The position numbers were made by a program, and so were the translations under genes. From NCBI GenBank assembly GCA_963663965.2, contig CAXXFK010000013.1:64001-128000 (forward strand): DNA of 64,000 nucleotides. The letters run 5' to 3'. Of this stretch, positions 1-12,405 are shown in pieces (position 1 is the first letter of the stretch; every line of letters begins with the position of its first letter). The notes under the pieces are model-generated. The model was not told the DNA's origin and searched no databases. It saw nothing but the letters and a program-made list of their open reading frames with translations. The stretch is from Sedimentisphaerales bacterium. Its GTDB lineage: Bacteria; Planctomycetota; Phycisphaerae; Sedimentisphaerales; SM23-30.

Positions 1-3000
1 GATCCGATATCACTACCGGTTAAATTACCGCTGATTTCGCCATAGACCGAAACAGAACCAATCGATTCACTGGTTTTGACCGATCCGGTCAGGTCGCCGC
101 GTTTAATCGTCAGTTTTTTCAGGCTGTTGGCGGTCAGGTTGTCGACGGCTTCACCGTTGTGGTCACTGAGGAATTCAGTGGCCTGGAACGACTTGATGTC
201 ACCATTGATGGAGAAGAGGACATGATCGATCACATCGTCATGGTTCAGGTCAGTACCGATCCGATCGGCTTTGATGGTCATTGGCTTGGAGGATGGCGAG
301 TTACCGATAGCGATCGAGGCCCCTTCGGCGATATCGTTCAGATAAAGTGAGGCCAGCGATCCGCTGATATTAATGTTGTTATTCAAACTCAAATTCGGCG
401 CTTTAATAGATTTGAGGCTGCCCGAATCCAGGGTCATTATGGATCCGATCGTTACATCGCCATCGCTCTTGATGGTTAAGGTACTTTTTTCAGTGGTACC
501 TAATAATTCGATCAAAGCAATGTCAGCATAATTAGTTGCGCCTTCATTGAGATAGACTTTAGCCGTTCCTTCGTTTAGGCTGATCAGAACCCGGTTGCCA
601 TCGGCGTCAAAGAACGGCAAAGACTTGCCTTTGGATACTTCCTGAAGTGGCTGCCCCTGGCTGGTGCCGCTTACCGTGAAAGTATTGATGTTTTCATTCA
701 GATCGTCGCTGTAGATAGTAAATAGTGAATCGCTGGTGCCGGTGACACTGGGATCGTAATACAGATTGATCGTTTCAGTGTGACCCGCTGCGATGATGTA
801 AGACGTCTGGGTTCCCAGTGAGAACTGATTGTCTTCGCTGGTCCAGGAAATATGCAGGGGAGCCGTGCCATCCGCATTGGAGATGGTGACCGGTATGGTT
901 TGCGATTGCCCCATATCGGTAACGCCGAAATCGATAGTCTGCGGATAGGTGCCGTCTGACAGAGTAATGTCGATTTCGGGTGTCAGCGCGACGCTATCCA
1001 GCTGTATGGTACGCTGGTTGGGCAGATTGTAATTGATGATCAAAGAGCCGCTGTAATCGCCGGCAATGGGAGTGGGTACTACAAAGACGCATTTAAAGGC
1101 CAGGGATTCGCCGGGTTCCAGATCATAACCCCCGGGGATGCCGATATCCGTTGCGTTGGGATTGCCAATGCCAAAACCTTCGCCCTCGATAAAGACCGAG
1201 TAAATGGTCAGGTTACTGGTGCCGGTATTGACGACACTGAAAATGCGTGAAGTCTGCGGCTGGGGATTCGCGTAGGTGATGGTGACCGGATTGAAGGTTA
1301 GCGTGTCTGTTAGACTCTGGCCCTGGCTGTCTCTGACGGTGATCGCGGTGTTTAACGCGAAGCCGCTCAGCAGCACTTCATGGCTGCCGGCAAAATCGGT
1401 ATCGATGGTTAATTTGCCGCTGGAGAAACCTTCCATCGTCGCCAGGAACTGGACATCCACTTCCAGACGATTGACTTCGCCGGGAAGCAGTTCGACCATG
1501 GTGATATCCGTAATATCCGTGGCAATGCCATTGCTGTCGATTAACCGCATGTCCGCGATGATATACTGGTCATTGAGCGAGTCAATGGCCAGGTCACTGT
1601 TGAATTTCATGATTCCATTGCCTGAATTGGTCAGGGTCATCGTTTCGACAGCCTGCGTGGTGGTCTGGTTGGCGATGGTTCGGTTGCCGAAGTTGAGCTG
1701 GTTATCATCAACTACGCCCGCGGTTTCGCTGATGACCAGCGCAGGATCAACGGAATTGCCTTCCAGGGCCAGAGTATAAGAATAGAATTGGCTCTCGTCG
1801 CTGCTGTCGATCGTCAAGGTGGCATGGTTGGTATTAATGACAGTTGGAAAGTATTCCACCGATAAGGTGACATTTTCATTGGCTTTCAGCGTAACGCCGC
1901 TGCCGATCAGCGCCTGGGATGCCGCCGAAAGTTTAAACGGGGCAGGCATTAAGATATCATTGACCACCAGGTCCTGGTTGCCCAGGTTCGCCAGGAGAAA
2001 TTCCTGGGTAGCGGTTGATCCAACCTGTACGCTGCCGAATTCCAGTTTGTCATCATTGGCGATATTGGAGCTTTCCAGAACATGCAGGTCCGGTCCCTGG
2101 ATTGTCCCGGTCAGCGTGACGTGGTATTCCGCATTGGCCGACTTGATAATCACAGAATCGGTCAATGTTGCCGGGTCCGCGCCATCGCCGAATTCCTGCG
2201 GGCTGAATTGAACCCAGATCGCGCGATGTTCACCCGGCTGCACCGGGATGCCGCTGAGTTCATCCGTATTCAGAACGAAATTGTTATCGGTTTCGTTAAG
2301 GTCAATAACATTCACGGTAATAGCGGAATCACCGCGGTTGTAAACTCCGATGAAATTCTGGTTGGGCGGGGTCGTATTGCCGATAGTGAAGTTGCCGAAA
2401 TCGATCGAATAGTCATAAACTACGTTCGTGTTATCGTAGACAATGATGTCATAGGGATCGATAAACAACGGCTCCAGAACGGCGGTATTGTTCGTGTAGT
2501 TGGTTTCATCGATTGCCCGGTCAGGGTTCACTGTGGCGAACAGGTAATACTGACCGTCAAGTCCGGCAGGTATTTCAACTTCTGACAATACCGTAAAGGT
2601 ATCGCCGGCCAGCGCGGTCAACGGGGTAACGGTCGAATCATTCAGAAGGGTTGATGTCAGAGCCGTATCTCCGGCATCCAGGATATTGTCCAGGCTCAAA
2701 ACAAACTGAATATTCGGGTAATCGATAATATTGCCATCGCCAACATTCTCAACGGTTACTTCGACCTGCAACGAGGTGCCGGACTGGGCGTAGAGATCGA
2801 AAGGCAGTTCCGGCAGATGGATTTCGGACGGGGACATGTCCCCGGTTACCCCGCTGCCATAAAGAGAGATTTTGAACTGTTCGTCCAGATCGATCTGGTT
2901 GTTGAGGTTGGTATCGATTTCCAGGCTGAAATAACCTTCCCTTTCGCCGGCTTGTGAAGGCATAAACCAGATCGGAACATTTAAAGTTGAATTGGGTTGC

Positions 3001-3911
3001 AGGGTGAAGATAGAATCCGATTCGCCCAGAGTCACACTGTAGCTGTTGTTGCCTTTATAAACACCTGAACTGGTATTGGTATAGGAGACCAGGCGAACAT
3101 AATAGGCGCCGTCGCCAAAAATCGGAAACTCCAGGGTATTGCGTGTCAGTTCATCTTGAGAGAATACCGTATCCCCCAGTTGATTGAATACCGTTAGTTC
3201 AATATTGGATTCTGTGGGAGCATTGGTGTTCAGATCCAGGCTGATAAGGTCGCCATAATTGCCATCGAAACTGAACCAGGCCTCGTCATCGCCCTGGCTG
3301 GTTGTCAAAAAACCGTTGGATGGAAGATTGGTGGATAATGGCTTAACCACTTCTTTGGTGGTCAGAGCGGCGATCGTATATTCACCGGTATCGCCCATTC
3401 CGCTGACCCGAACGTAATATTCACCCGTATAAGGAGTAATCAAGGTATCGCTTACGCCTTCGAGGTGCGTGTTAATCTGATTGCCGTAAACACTGTAAAC
3501 CGTTATGAAGGCGTTAGACTGTATGTCGATCACCTGATTGGCAGTGGCTTCCAGAACATACCAGTCCTGGTCGTTGATGACCTCAATCAGATCAGTGATG
3601 ATCGAATTTAATGGGAGAGGGGAAAACGTTTCGGTCGAACTCGAAAATCCCGGGGGGGTTTGGATGCTGGCCGGGTATTCCAGTGTGAAGTTGGCATCGG
3701 AAACCGCCATATCGGAATCCGGATTCAAACTGAATTTTGTGATTGTCAACGGCTGATTGCCGCCATTAAAAATCGAGATCTGTTCCGGAGCGCTGCTCCA
3801 ACCCGTCAGGGTTTCTGGGAAACTGATTTCGAAATCGTCATTAGGCACATACGAATCAGTGACGCTGACTGATAATAGACAACGCGTTTCCAGTGCTTCT
3901 AATTTAAGCAT
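1..3911 (-). CDS. Large secreted/surface protein (3'-truncated by window edge) with LEPRxLL-type N-terminal motif, PPC-like, CARDB-like and ASH/choice-of-anchor-D-like Ig domains and C-terminal beta-helix-like repeats
   Basis: Not in ORF track because it runs off the edge. Manual translation from ATG 3911 (GGAG upstream): MLKLEALETRCLLSVSVTD...DQDWYVLEA...YYLFATVNPDRAIDETNYTNN...DFGVTDMGQSQTIPVTISN...FFDADGNRV. Frame open at all spots checked down to position 3. Confidence 0.88.
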   Translation of the reverse strand, partial: MLKLEALETRCLLSVSVTDSYVPNDDFEISFPETLTGWSSAPEQISIFNGGNQPLTITKFSLNPDSDMAVSDANFTLEYPASIQTPPGFSSSTETFSPLPLNSIITDLIEVINDQDWYVLEATANQVIDIQSNAFITVYSVYGNQINTHLEGVSDTLITPYTGEYYVRVSGMGDTGEYTIAALTTKEVVKPLSTNLPSNGFLTTSQGDDEAWFSFDGNYGDLISLDLNTNAPTESNIELTVFNQLGDTVFSQDELTRNTLEFPIFGDGAYYVRLVSYTNTSSGVYKGNNSYSVTLGESDSIFTLQPNSTLNVPIWFMPSQAGEREGYFSLEIDTNLNNQIDLDEQFKISLYGSGVTGDMSPSEIHLPELPFDLYAQSGTSLQVEVTVENVGDGNIIDYPNIQFVLSLDNILDAGDTALTSTLLNDSTVTPLTALAGDTFTVLSEVEIPAGLDGQYYLFATVNPDRAIDETNYTNNTAVLEPLFIDPYDIIVYDNTNVVYDYSIDFGNFTIGNTTPPNQNFIGVYNRGDSAITVNVIDLNETDNNFVLNTDELSGIPVQPGEHRAIWVQFSPQEFGDGADPATLTDSVIIKSANAEYHVTLTGTIQGPDLHVLESSNIANDDKLEFGSVQVGSTATQEFLLANLGNQDLVVNDILMPAPFKLSAASQALIGSGVTLKANENVTLSVEYFPTVINTNHATLTIDSSDESQFYSYTLALEGNSVDPALVISETAGVVDDNQLNFGNRTIANQTTTQAVETMTLTNSGNGIMKFNSDLAIDSLNDQYIIADMRLIDSNGIATDITDITMVELLPGEVNRLEVDVQFLATMEGFSSGKLTIDTDFAGSHEVLLSGFALNTAITVRDSQGQSLTDTLTFNPVTITYANPQPQTSRIFSVVNTGTSNLTIYSVFIEGEGFGIGNPNATDIGIPGGYDLEPGESLAFKCVFVVPTPIAGDYSGSLIINYNLPNQRTIQLDSVALTPEIDITLSDGTYPQTIDFGVTDMGQSQTIPVTISNADGTAPLHISWTSEDNQFSLGTQTSYIIAAGHTETINLYYDPSVTGTSDSLFTIYSDDLNENINTFTVSGTSQGQPLQEVSKGKSLPFFDADGNRVLISLNEGTAKVYLNEGATNYADIALIELLGTTEKSTLTIKSDGDVTIGSIMTLDSGSLKSIKAPNLSLNNNINISGSLASLYLNDIAEGASIAIGNSPSSKPMTIKADRIGTDLNHDDVIDHVLFSINGDIKSFQATEFLSDHNGEAVDNLTANSLKKLTIKRGDLTGSVKTSESIGSVSVYGEISGNLTGSDIG

Positions 3912-4817
3912 GATTATTACTCCAAGGTATTCAGGCGAGTCAGTTATCAGGCTGAAATCCGGTTCTGTATGGGTCGGTTATATAACCGGAAGTTTAGAGC
4001 ATTGCGCTCTTACCTGGCTTATTATTCATGATAAAAAAAATAGCATAATTATGTCAAGAATAATCGGGTTGATAACCGAACATATATTAATTGGCTGGGT
4101 CCTATCTTTCGTAAAATATATACAAGTTGCCTATTTTAACAGGTATTTCAGGATTATTACCAAAAATATCATACTTATCGCGATAACGGGGTGTGTCTGG
4201 TTATTGGGCTGACATGGTTTCAGGTTGGGGGGGGGAATCTATAATCCAAACCGTAACTATAGTTACTCATATAAATCGTTAAATGTATGTTAATAAAAAG
4301 CTTAAATTAAATTCAGCTGAGGGTGCGATATTTGGTATTTATAGGAAAAAATTAGCAAAAAATATGTATCTTATTTTCAATAAACAAGTTATGTCGATAT
4401 GGCCATACGGAAGAATCAAGGAAAACAGGTTTTTGATAAAAACAATTTTATGATCATCAGATGGTTTAAGTCGGTGGTCCGCCCAGCAATTGCGAGTGTT
4501 ATCGATTGGAATAGCGATTTTGTATCTTTAGTCCAGGCTTAGATTTTACTTGCCTGAAAGTGGCCTTTTAGTAATAATAGACTGCATCAGACTGAGATCA
4601 TTAGGGGGAAGAACGCTGCACAAGTCTGAGCCATCCCCAGTATAATTAACTAAAGTGGCGTCATTTTTCCTAAGATAAAGAAAAAAGCTAAGTTATGCAT
4701 TTGGAGAACTGAGATTTGCCAGCGGTGAGACTGCACGACAACTCGGTGATCCATGGACTGAAGTTCAATATTTTATATCATACATGATTGCTGCTGTTCA
4801 GGCAGCGAGGAGAGAAT

Positions 4818-7800
4818 ATGAACATTTTTTCAAAATGCCATGTGATAAGGGTTTGTCTGTATACGCTTCTCATCGGCCCGATCCTTGGCGGCATTACGAT
4901 AGCGCAAACCACTCGAATTTCCGGAACAGTAACGGGTCTGGTCGAAGATCCCGCTACCGGGACATATACGGTTGTTCCAATGCCACATATGATCATCCGG
5001 GCCAGTGGCAAGGAAAGCACCCTGTATTTCTGGGGATTGCGCACGGGCGGAGTTACCGGTTGGACCATGGGAACGGAATGGAATTTTGGAACGCCTTTGG
5101 GACGCGGTTCGAACTGTTTCGATCCGCTTTCGGGAGCTACTGGCAATTTTGTCTATGGCAATAATTTTCTGACCGGGGATTATACCGGACAACTCAATGA
5201 AACGAATTATCTGACTACTGCCCCGATCGATTGCACGGGAATGACCCATGTGCGTTTACGTTTCAAGCGATGGTTGGGGGTTGCCGGCCGCCAGGGGATG
5301 GTCAACGATAATGCGGTCGTCGAGGTTTCCAATGATGGCGAAGTCTGGGATCTGGTCTGGATGAATCCGCAGAGTCCGCTTTGTGATCAAAGCTGGCAAA
5401 CCGTTGAATATGATATTTCCGCCACTGCGGATAATCAAAGTACCGTTTATATCCGCTGGGGCATAGGTCCTAACAACAATCTGTTTGCTCCTTATTGCGG
5501 CTGGAATATTGATGATATTGAACTGCTTACCTATATCAATGGCCAGAACACCGTACCGACCGGAATGGACGGCGCCTACACGGTTGAGATTCCCTGGATA
5601 TACAATGATGTGACTTCGGCCATGGAGGGGTTGTTCTGTAAAGTAAATTACGATTACATCTTAACCAACCTGGAAGATTCCAGGTTCATTCAGCAGGATG
5701 TTGAGGATGGGGCCGTTGTCGATATTGCCTGGGACGATACCCTGTATCAGAATGTCGATGAGGTTAATGTTTACTGGCATATCAATCGGTTGCATGATCA
5801 TCTTAAGGCGATCGATCCGACTTTTACTTTGATGGATTATCCGATACCGGTTGTCTTGAGTAGAGATGGGTTTGGCTGGGACCCCTTGACCGGAATAATC
5901 ACCTTCAGGATTGGCGATGGCAGTCCTTACGAGGCGTGTTTCCAGTATACCCTGGCGACCATGGATAAAATTTACCAGGGATTGGATGTCAGTCAGGATT
6001 TGGAGTACCCGGCGATGCGTATTGCCATAGCCGATTATTATGCCTGTTCAATGACCGGGGCAACGATACCGACTTCGCGTCGAGATACCGATTGGAGCAA
6101 TGAAGCGGCCCAGGATGCCCATATCCTGACCAGCGCGTTGTTGTCCGCGGCGGAGCAGGCCGGTTATGACATCATCGATGAATTGGTGCATTTCGCGCGG
6201 CTTGACCGGCCCCGCAATTTTAATCAGTTTCTGAATGCCATGATCTTGAGGGATGATCAGCGTTATGGCGATAACAAAGTTCAGAACGCCTCGCCCCATG
6301 CCGATGCTATTTTCAACGCCTTTGGCAATAGCGGTATTGGCGGCTTACAGTTTGTCTATGGCAGCTTAAAGGTGATCGATGAAAGCGGCGACAACGATGG
6401 TTTGCTCGAACCGGGTGAAACAGCGATGTTGCAAATCAATCTTCAGAATCGCTGGGCTGACGCCACGGATATCATTGCGGAGTTATCGTCACCGAGCGAA
6501 ACGCTGACTATCACGGATGCGTTTATTGAATTTGGCAATAGTTCTTATGGCGTTGAAGCCAGTAATCCATCCGATGTGTTTGAAGTGTATTTGTCGGATG
6601 AAAGTCCTCTGGATTTAAGTATTCCGCTTACCATAACCATTACGGCCAGCGGTCCCTATGAATATCTGAGGGAATGCCAGCTCCGCTTGACCATAGGGTC
6701 GAACCAGTTTTTCTATGATGATGGCGATTATGATGAATCGGGCGAAGCGGTAAATTCTCCGACCGGTGTGTTTGTTTATTACCCAATGGCGGCTAAATTT
6801 ACGCCGCAGACCTATCCCTATACGGTTGAAGGCGTTCGAATTCTGCCTGGATTTGTTGCCGCTCAAGGTCCGGAACCCAAAGCGCTTTTAATCACCATCT
6901 GGGATGATAATGGCTTTGATGGCGGGCCGGGCGCCGTTCTGGGGACCAAGGAAGTCGAGGTCCATACAAGCGATCTGAATTCGTGGTATGATGTCGATTT
7001 GAGTGAATTCGAATTACAGATCGCTGAAGGAGGCATGTATGTCGGTTGGAGTACATTGGTGCTGGGCGGTGAGGCGCAACCGATCGGTTACGTGAATCAT
7101 TTTGACTATGATCCTCCTTATTATAATCAGACCTATGCGTTTATCGATGATGTCTGGACCAAATCCAGAGTCTGGGTTTTTATGCCAACATGATGGTGCG
7201 CTTACGCGGCTACTCTCCCGGTATTTTCCGATTAAATACCGTCAATGAACTGTATTGGAATCTGGGAGAACCGGTGAGTCACATTCTTGTGACTCAAAAT
7301 GCCGTCGAGCCGTTGCATACCTGGGAAATTCTGGGTGACGATAGCGCTAATGACGCCTGGCAGGAGCAGTCTCATCTGTTTGAAACGACGGGCGTGGCGC
7401 AAAACTGGAGAGCGGATGACGCGGTATGGACTTTGCCGTTGCCTTTTAATTTCCCCTATTTTGGAATCAATTATAACTCTGTCAAAGTTTGCAGTAATGG
7501 ATTCCTGAATTTTGGCGCTACCAACTCGCACGCCAATAATACGTTTGATCGTATGATCGCCAATATCAGAATCGCACCGCTCTGGGATGATCTCAGAACC
7601 GATGGTGATGGCGGCGACATTTTTGTCGATCAATCCCAGGCAGACCGGATTGCCATACGCTGGAAAGCGGTTACGCGCAATCTGGGGGCAGGAATGTAAT
7701 TTTGCCGTTGTTCTTTTCAGCAATGGCGATATCCGGTTCGATTATGGCAATGGTAATTCAGGATTGACGCCGACAGTTGGTATCTCTGCCGGCAATCAGC

Positions 7801-9797
7801 GAGATTATTATATGGCGGCTGGATACGATACCATCACTGATTTGGGCGGTAAAGTATCCATTCTGTTTAAGCCAGGTTTTGTGACTCCGACGAGTCCATT
7901 GCCTCCAGGCATCACTTTTGATGATCAACAGGGAGTTTTATCAGGCGTTCCATCCCGGTTGGGGGATTATGAAGTACGCTTTTCAGTAGGCGATTCCAAG
8001 ATCCCGTCGCGAACCGCGATACGCCGATATCTTATTCATGTGATTGATCGTCAGCCTTTATTCCGAGAGACATTTGAAACCGATCCCATCCAGTTCACGG
8101 TGAATAATTTCTTTGGCGACGGCAAAGGTTTGTGGCACTTAAGTTCGGATTGCTATAATGGCTTGCCTGGTCATAGCCCCGTGCGAAGCATGTATTATGG
8201 ACGTGACGGATTCTGCAATTATGATACTGGTCGTTCTGAAGGGGTCGTTACTTCAGCGCCCATACATATTATGGATGCCGAAAAAGTCGTGTTAACCTTT
8301 AAATATTACTTACAGTCCGAAGGGGATCCCGACTGGGATCATGCCATGGTTGAAGTGTCTGAAAACGGATATCCCTACCAGGTCATCGCTCATAACTATC
8401 CGGATGGGGAAGATGTCGTTAAACTGGTAGATTTTGGTGTTATCAATAATGGTTTCCGCCAATGCTGGGTATCGGGTTTAGTAGATTTGACCCGTTTTGC
8501 CGGATCTGAAATCCGGATTCGATTCCGTTTCCGTACTGTTGATGAAGGAAATAATGCCTATTTTGGCTTTATGTTTGATGACGTGGTTGTCAGATATTTA
8601 AAATCGATCAAAGCAGACTGGCATATTGATAACTTTTTCGATATTAATGATTTGGGCGCCATGGCCCGGTTCTGGTTACAGGAAGATATTGTTGATTACG
8701 ATCTGACTGGAGACCGGCGTGTCGACCTGGCGGACTTGTACGAGTTCGTCATGAAATACTGGTTGAGCCGGTTGAAATATTCTGGTGGTTCCGGATCAGT
8801 CAATAATCCATATCGTATTGCGAAAGCGGAAGATATGACGGAATTAATGAATACTCCGGCTGACTGGGCCTCCCATTTCAAAATTGTTTCTGACATCGAT
8901 ATGAGCGGGGCGGATCCCAATCTGATCGCTATGATCGGTACCGATGATAAGCCATTTACAGGAACCCTGAATGGCCAGAACCGGACTATCGTGAATCTTA
9001 CTTATCCTTTGTTCTGGTCGGCAGATGGTGCTGAGATTAAAGATGTCAATATCACGGATTCAATAATTGTCATTGATCAAGATGGGGTAGCGGTTCTGGT
9101 TTGCAAAGCGGCAAACCTGACTATGATTTCAAATTGTCATATCGACAATTGTGATATCCGGGGTGAGAATACCGTAGGAGCCTTAGTTGGCATTATGGAC
9201 GCCTCTTGTGAAATAGTCCAATGCTCAAGTAATGCATTTGTTTCCGGCCAGACGATAATAGGTGGTTTGGTTGGCCAGGCATCCGGAAATATTGAGCAGT
9301 CTTATACTACCTCAATTGTATCAGCGGTAATTGAACAAGCCGGTGTTATGGCTGGTAATTCTGTAAATGCTTACTATTTAAATTGTTACACTAATGGAAG
9401 TGTTTACGCGCCGATCTTGTCAGGGGGGTTCAGCGGTTTGTCTGATTTCAGTTTATATAAGAGTTGTTATGCGGCCTCCTTAGTCGATTTTGATAAGGAT
9501 GGCGATGAGGTAAATACCACCGTTGCCGGATGTTTCCTGGGTAATGACAGTGATATTGATAATTATAGTGTCTTTGTGACCTGTTTCTGGGATAACACGT
9601 TAAGCTATATCGATGATCATGGGGTCATTCCTGTACGAAGCATCGGTAACCGGGCAACTCCGGTAGAACTCAGAGGACGCAAAACCCAGTTGATGAAAGT
9701 GAAAAGTACGTTTACCGAATATGATTGGGACTTTACCGATGTATGGGCAATACAGGCCGATCACTATCCCGTACTGATGTGGACGTTGCCAGAGTAA
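4818..9797 (+). CDS. Giant secreted multidomain protein (~1660 aa) split into 3 ORFs by two frameshifts: jelly-roll domain, degenerate M4/M36-like domain, NIDO-like region, He_PIG-like Ig, dockerin-like pair, GLUG repeats
   Basis: ORFs 4788-7193, 7190-7699 and 7587-9797 join if one A is added at 7161-7163 and one G removed at 7684-7688. ATG 4818 follows GGAG. Motifs: signal peptide, CGWNIDDI, LPFNFPYFG...IAPLWDDL, LPPGITFD, YSGGSGS..PYRI, IGGLVG. Confidence 0.75.
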
Positions 9798-9838
9798 ATA
9801 ACTGCCTATAAACAAAAGCATTATAGGTTTAACAGGAT

Positions 9839-9874
9839 AATCCGTCGTTCTTTCAGAATGACGGATTTTTATTT
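9839..9874 (+). terminator. Rho-independent terminator
   Basis: AATCCGTCGTTCT-TTC-AGAATGACGGATT hairpin followed by T-rich tail after stop at 9797. Confidence 0.75.
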
Positions 9875-10158
9875 CATCATTGACAAACGGTTAACAAAAT
9901 AGCATATTTATTAATCAAGATGAATTGCTGAGAATTATTTTAGAAAAAAATTCATTTTTTTTTAATTTTTCTTTGGAATTTTTAAGGGTTTCAGTATATT
10001 CTATTCCATTCAACTGCAGTGCCAGGGATGGTATCTGTCTTGAAAGTATTTCATAACTTACTATAATTTCATTAAGTTAGGCAGTTTTATGGCGCCTAGT
10101 TAGCCTGAGCCAGGCAGCGAATCTAACTGGTTTGCCATTTGGCCGTCGCTTTATTGAT

Positions 10159-10230
<72 letters not shown>

Positions 10231-10336
10231 TTAGCGTAAAAAACTGGCTGACGGGTCTCGTGACTCGCAAAGCTAAAATTTGTAATAATTGAAAATAACA
10301 TAAGTGAACTCCCTTGTAACAGGAGGCAACCGAACA

Positions 10337-11542
10337 ATGGCTAAAGAGGTATTTGAAAGAACGAAACCGCATGTAAATGTTGGTACTATCGGCCACATCG
10401 ACCATGGCAAGACCACGCTGACCGCTGCAATCACCATGGTGCAGGCTGCTAAAGGCCTGTCCAAGGCGGTATCATACGATCAGGTAGCAAAGGCATCCGA
10501 AAGCCAGGGACGCCGTGACTCTACCAAAATTCTTACGATCGCGACCAGTCACCAGGAATATGAATCAGAAAACCGTCACTATGCCCATATTGACTGCCCC
10601 GGCCATGCTGACTATATCAAGAACATGATCACCGGCGCCGCTCAGATGGATGGTGCGATTCTGGTCGTGTCAGCTGCTGACGGCCCGATGCCCCAGACTC
10701 GTGAGCACGTGCTGCTTGCCCGTCAGGTGAACGTGCCCAAGCTGGTGGTGTTCCTCAATAAGGTGGACCTGGTGGATGATCCGGAACTGCTCGAACTGGT
10801 TGAACTCGAAGTTCGCGAACTGCTGACTAAATATGAATTCGAAGGTGACGACACCCCGGTTATCTATGGTGCGGCGGTTCATGCTTTGAACAATCCCAAG
10901 GATGCAGAGAAAACCAAATGTATTCAGGAACTGATGGACGCTCTGGATTCCTGGATTCCCGAGCCCATTCGTGAAACCGACAAGCCCTTCCTGATGCCGG
11001 TTGAAGACGTGTTCTCGATTAAGGGACGCGGAACCGTAGGTACCGGTCGTATCGAGCGCGGCGTTGTGAAAGTCGGCGAAGAAGTTGAAGTCGTTGGTAT
11101 CGTCCCAACCCGCAAGACCGTAGTTACTGGCGTTGAAATGTTCAACAAAACCCTGGATTTCGGTTCTGCTGGCGAAAACGTAGGTTGCCTGCTCCGTGGT
11201 GTTGAAAAGAGCGAACTGGAGCGTGGTCAGGTTCTGGCCAAGCCCGGTTCCATTACACCTCACACCAAGTTTGAAGGCGAAATTTACGTATTAACCAAAG
11301 AGGAAGGCGGTCGCCACACCCCGTTCTTTAATGGTTATCGTCCTCAGTTTTACTTCCGTACTACTGATATCACCGGCGGTCTCCAGCTGCTCGGCGGCGC
11401 TGAAATGTGTATGCCCGGAGATAATGTAACCGTATCTTGTGAAATTATCGCACCGATCGCCATGGAAGAAGGTCTTCGTTTCGCGGTTCGCGAAGGTGGC
11501 CGTACCGTGGGCGCTGGTGTGGTAACCAAGATTCTGGAGTAG
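10337..11542 (+). CDS. tuf: Elongation factor Tu
   Basis: [48 protein letters not shown] before ATG 10337. Confidence 0.99.
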   Translation: MAKEVFERTKPHVNVGTIGHIDHGKTTLTAAITMVQAAKGLSKAVSYDQVAKASESQGRRDSTKILTIATSHQEYESENRHYAHIDCPGHADYIKNMITGAAQMDGAILVVSAADGPMPQTREHVLLARQVNVPKLVVFLNKVDLVDDPELLELVELEVRELLTKYEFEGDDTPVIYGAAVHALNNPKDAEKTKCIQELMDALDSWIPEPIRETDKPFLMPVEDVFSIKGRGTVGTGRIERGVVKVGEEVEVVGIVPTRKTVVTGVEMFNKTLDFGSAGENVGCLLRGVEKSELERGQVLAKPGSITPHTKFEGEIYVLTKEEGGRHTPFFNGYRPQFYFRTTDITGGLQLLGGAEMCMPGDNVTVSCEIIAPIAMEEGLRFAVREGGRTVGAGVVTKILE

Positions 11543-11684
11543 TGGCCTGACTGAATTAAAGCTCGTAAATTGCGGGGGCGATGGACGTTTGAGTCTAATC
11601 GCCCCCGATAATCCCAATGGCCTGACGGGCTTGCATCTGTCAGGCCTGGCGAGTTGAACAAGAGATACCCAATTGGATTAAATT

Positions 11685-11852
11685 ATGGCTAAGAAAGCAA
11701 AACGCGAATACTTCTGGCTGGAATGCACTGAGTGTAGCGAGCGAAATTACCGGACACCCGTTAATATTATGGGCGGAGTTCCCAAGATGGAACTCAAAAA
11801 GTACTGCAAGCGGGATCGTAAACGTACGGTCCATAAATTGCGTAAGAAATAG
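11685..11852 (+). CDS. rpmG: 50S ribosomal protein L33 (55 aa, below ORF-track cutoff)
   Basis: Manual translation MAKKAKREYFWLECTECSERNYRTPVNIMGGVPKMELKKYCKRDRKRTVHKLRKK; CxxC..CxxD; tuf-rpmG-trnW-secE synteny. Confidence 0.96.
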   Translation: MAKKAKREYFWLECTECSERNYRTPVNIMGGVPKMELKKYCKRDRKRTVHKLRKK

Positions 11853-11863
11853 ACCTGCGGCAT

Positions 11864-11936
<73 letters not shown>

Positions 11937-11972
11937 TTAACAAACCCGAAAATATTAGTATATGGTGATCGT

Positions 11973-12392
11973 ATGAAGTTTGAATTCTACAAAAAAGGGC
12001 AAGGTTATTATACCAGGTTATGCACCGGTTTGGGCATCGGCTTTTTGTTGATGCTGGGCTGTTTTGCCTTATATAATGCCTTGGGCGTTTTGAACAAGGA
12101 AGGCAGTTCCGCCGGACAGTGGATTCAGATGGGGATTCCGTTTGTCATCTTCGTGGTAGGCGGTTGGGGAGTCTTCAAACTGGTTAACTGGCCCCAATTT
12201 GCCGATTTCATGATTTCCACTGAAGGTGAAATGAAGAAAGTCTCATGGTCGACCAGAAAAGAAGTCATTGGCGCCACCCGGATCGTCATATTTTCAATGT
12301 TCCTTATGTCCATTATGCTGGCGGCCACCGATTTTATCTTTAACTGGGTCTTTACTTCGATCGGTGTTATTTTAGATGTGACCAAAGGTTAA
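11973..12392 (+). CDS. secE: Preprotein translocase subunit SecE (3-TM form)
   Basis: YKKGQGYYTR N-terminus, FMISTEGEMKKVSW motif, position before nusG. Confidence 0.95.
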   Translation: MKFEFYKKGQGYYTRLCTGLGIGFLLMLGCFALYNALGVLNKEGSSAGQWIQMGIPFVIFVVGGWGVFKLVNWPQFADFMISTEGEMKKVSWSTRKEVIGATRIVIFSMFLMSIMLAATDFIFNWVFTSIGVILDVTKG

Positions 12393-12405
12393 CAGGAACC
12401 GAACC

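Noticed and set aside
159..4212. Plus-strand ORFs in the first 4 kb
   Set aside because: Shadows of the long minus-strand LEPRxLL gene
7191..7193. TGA read-through or selenocysteine joining the split gene
   Set aside because: The continuation is in a different frame; a frameshift is required
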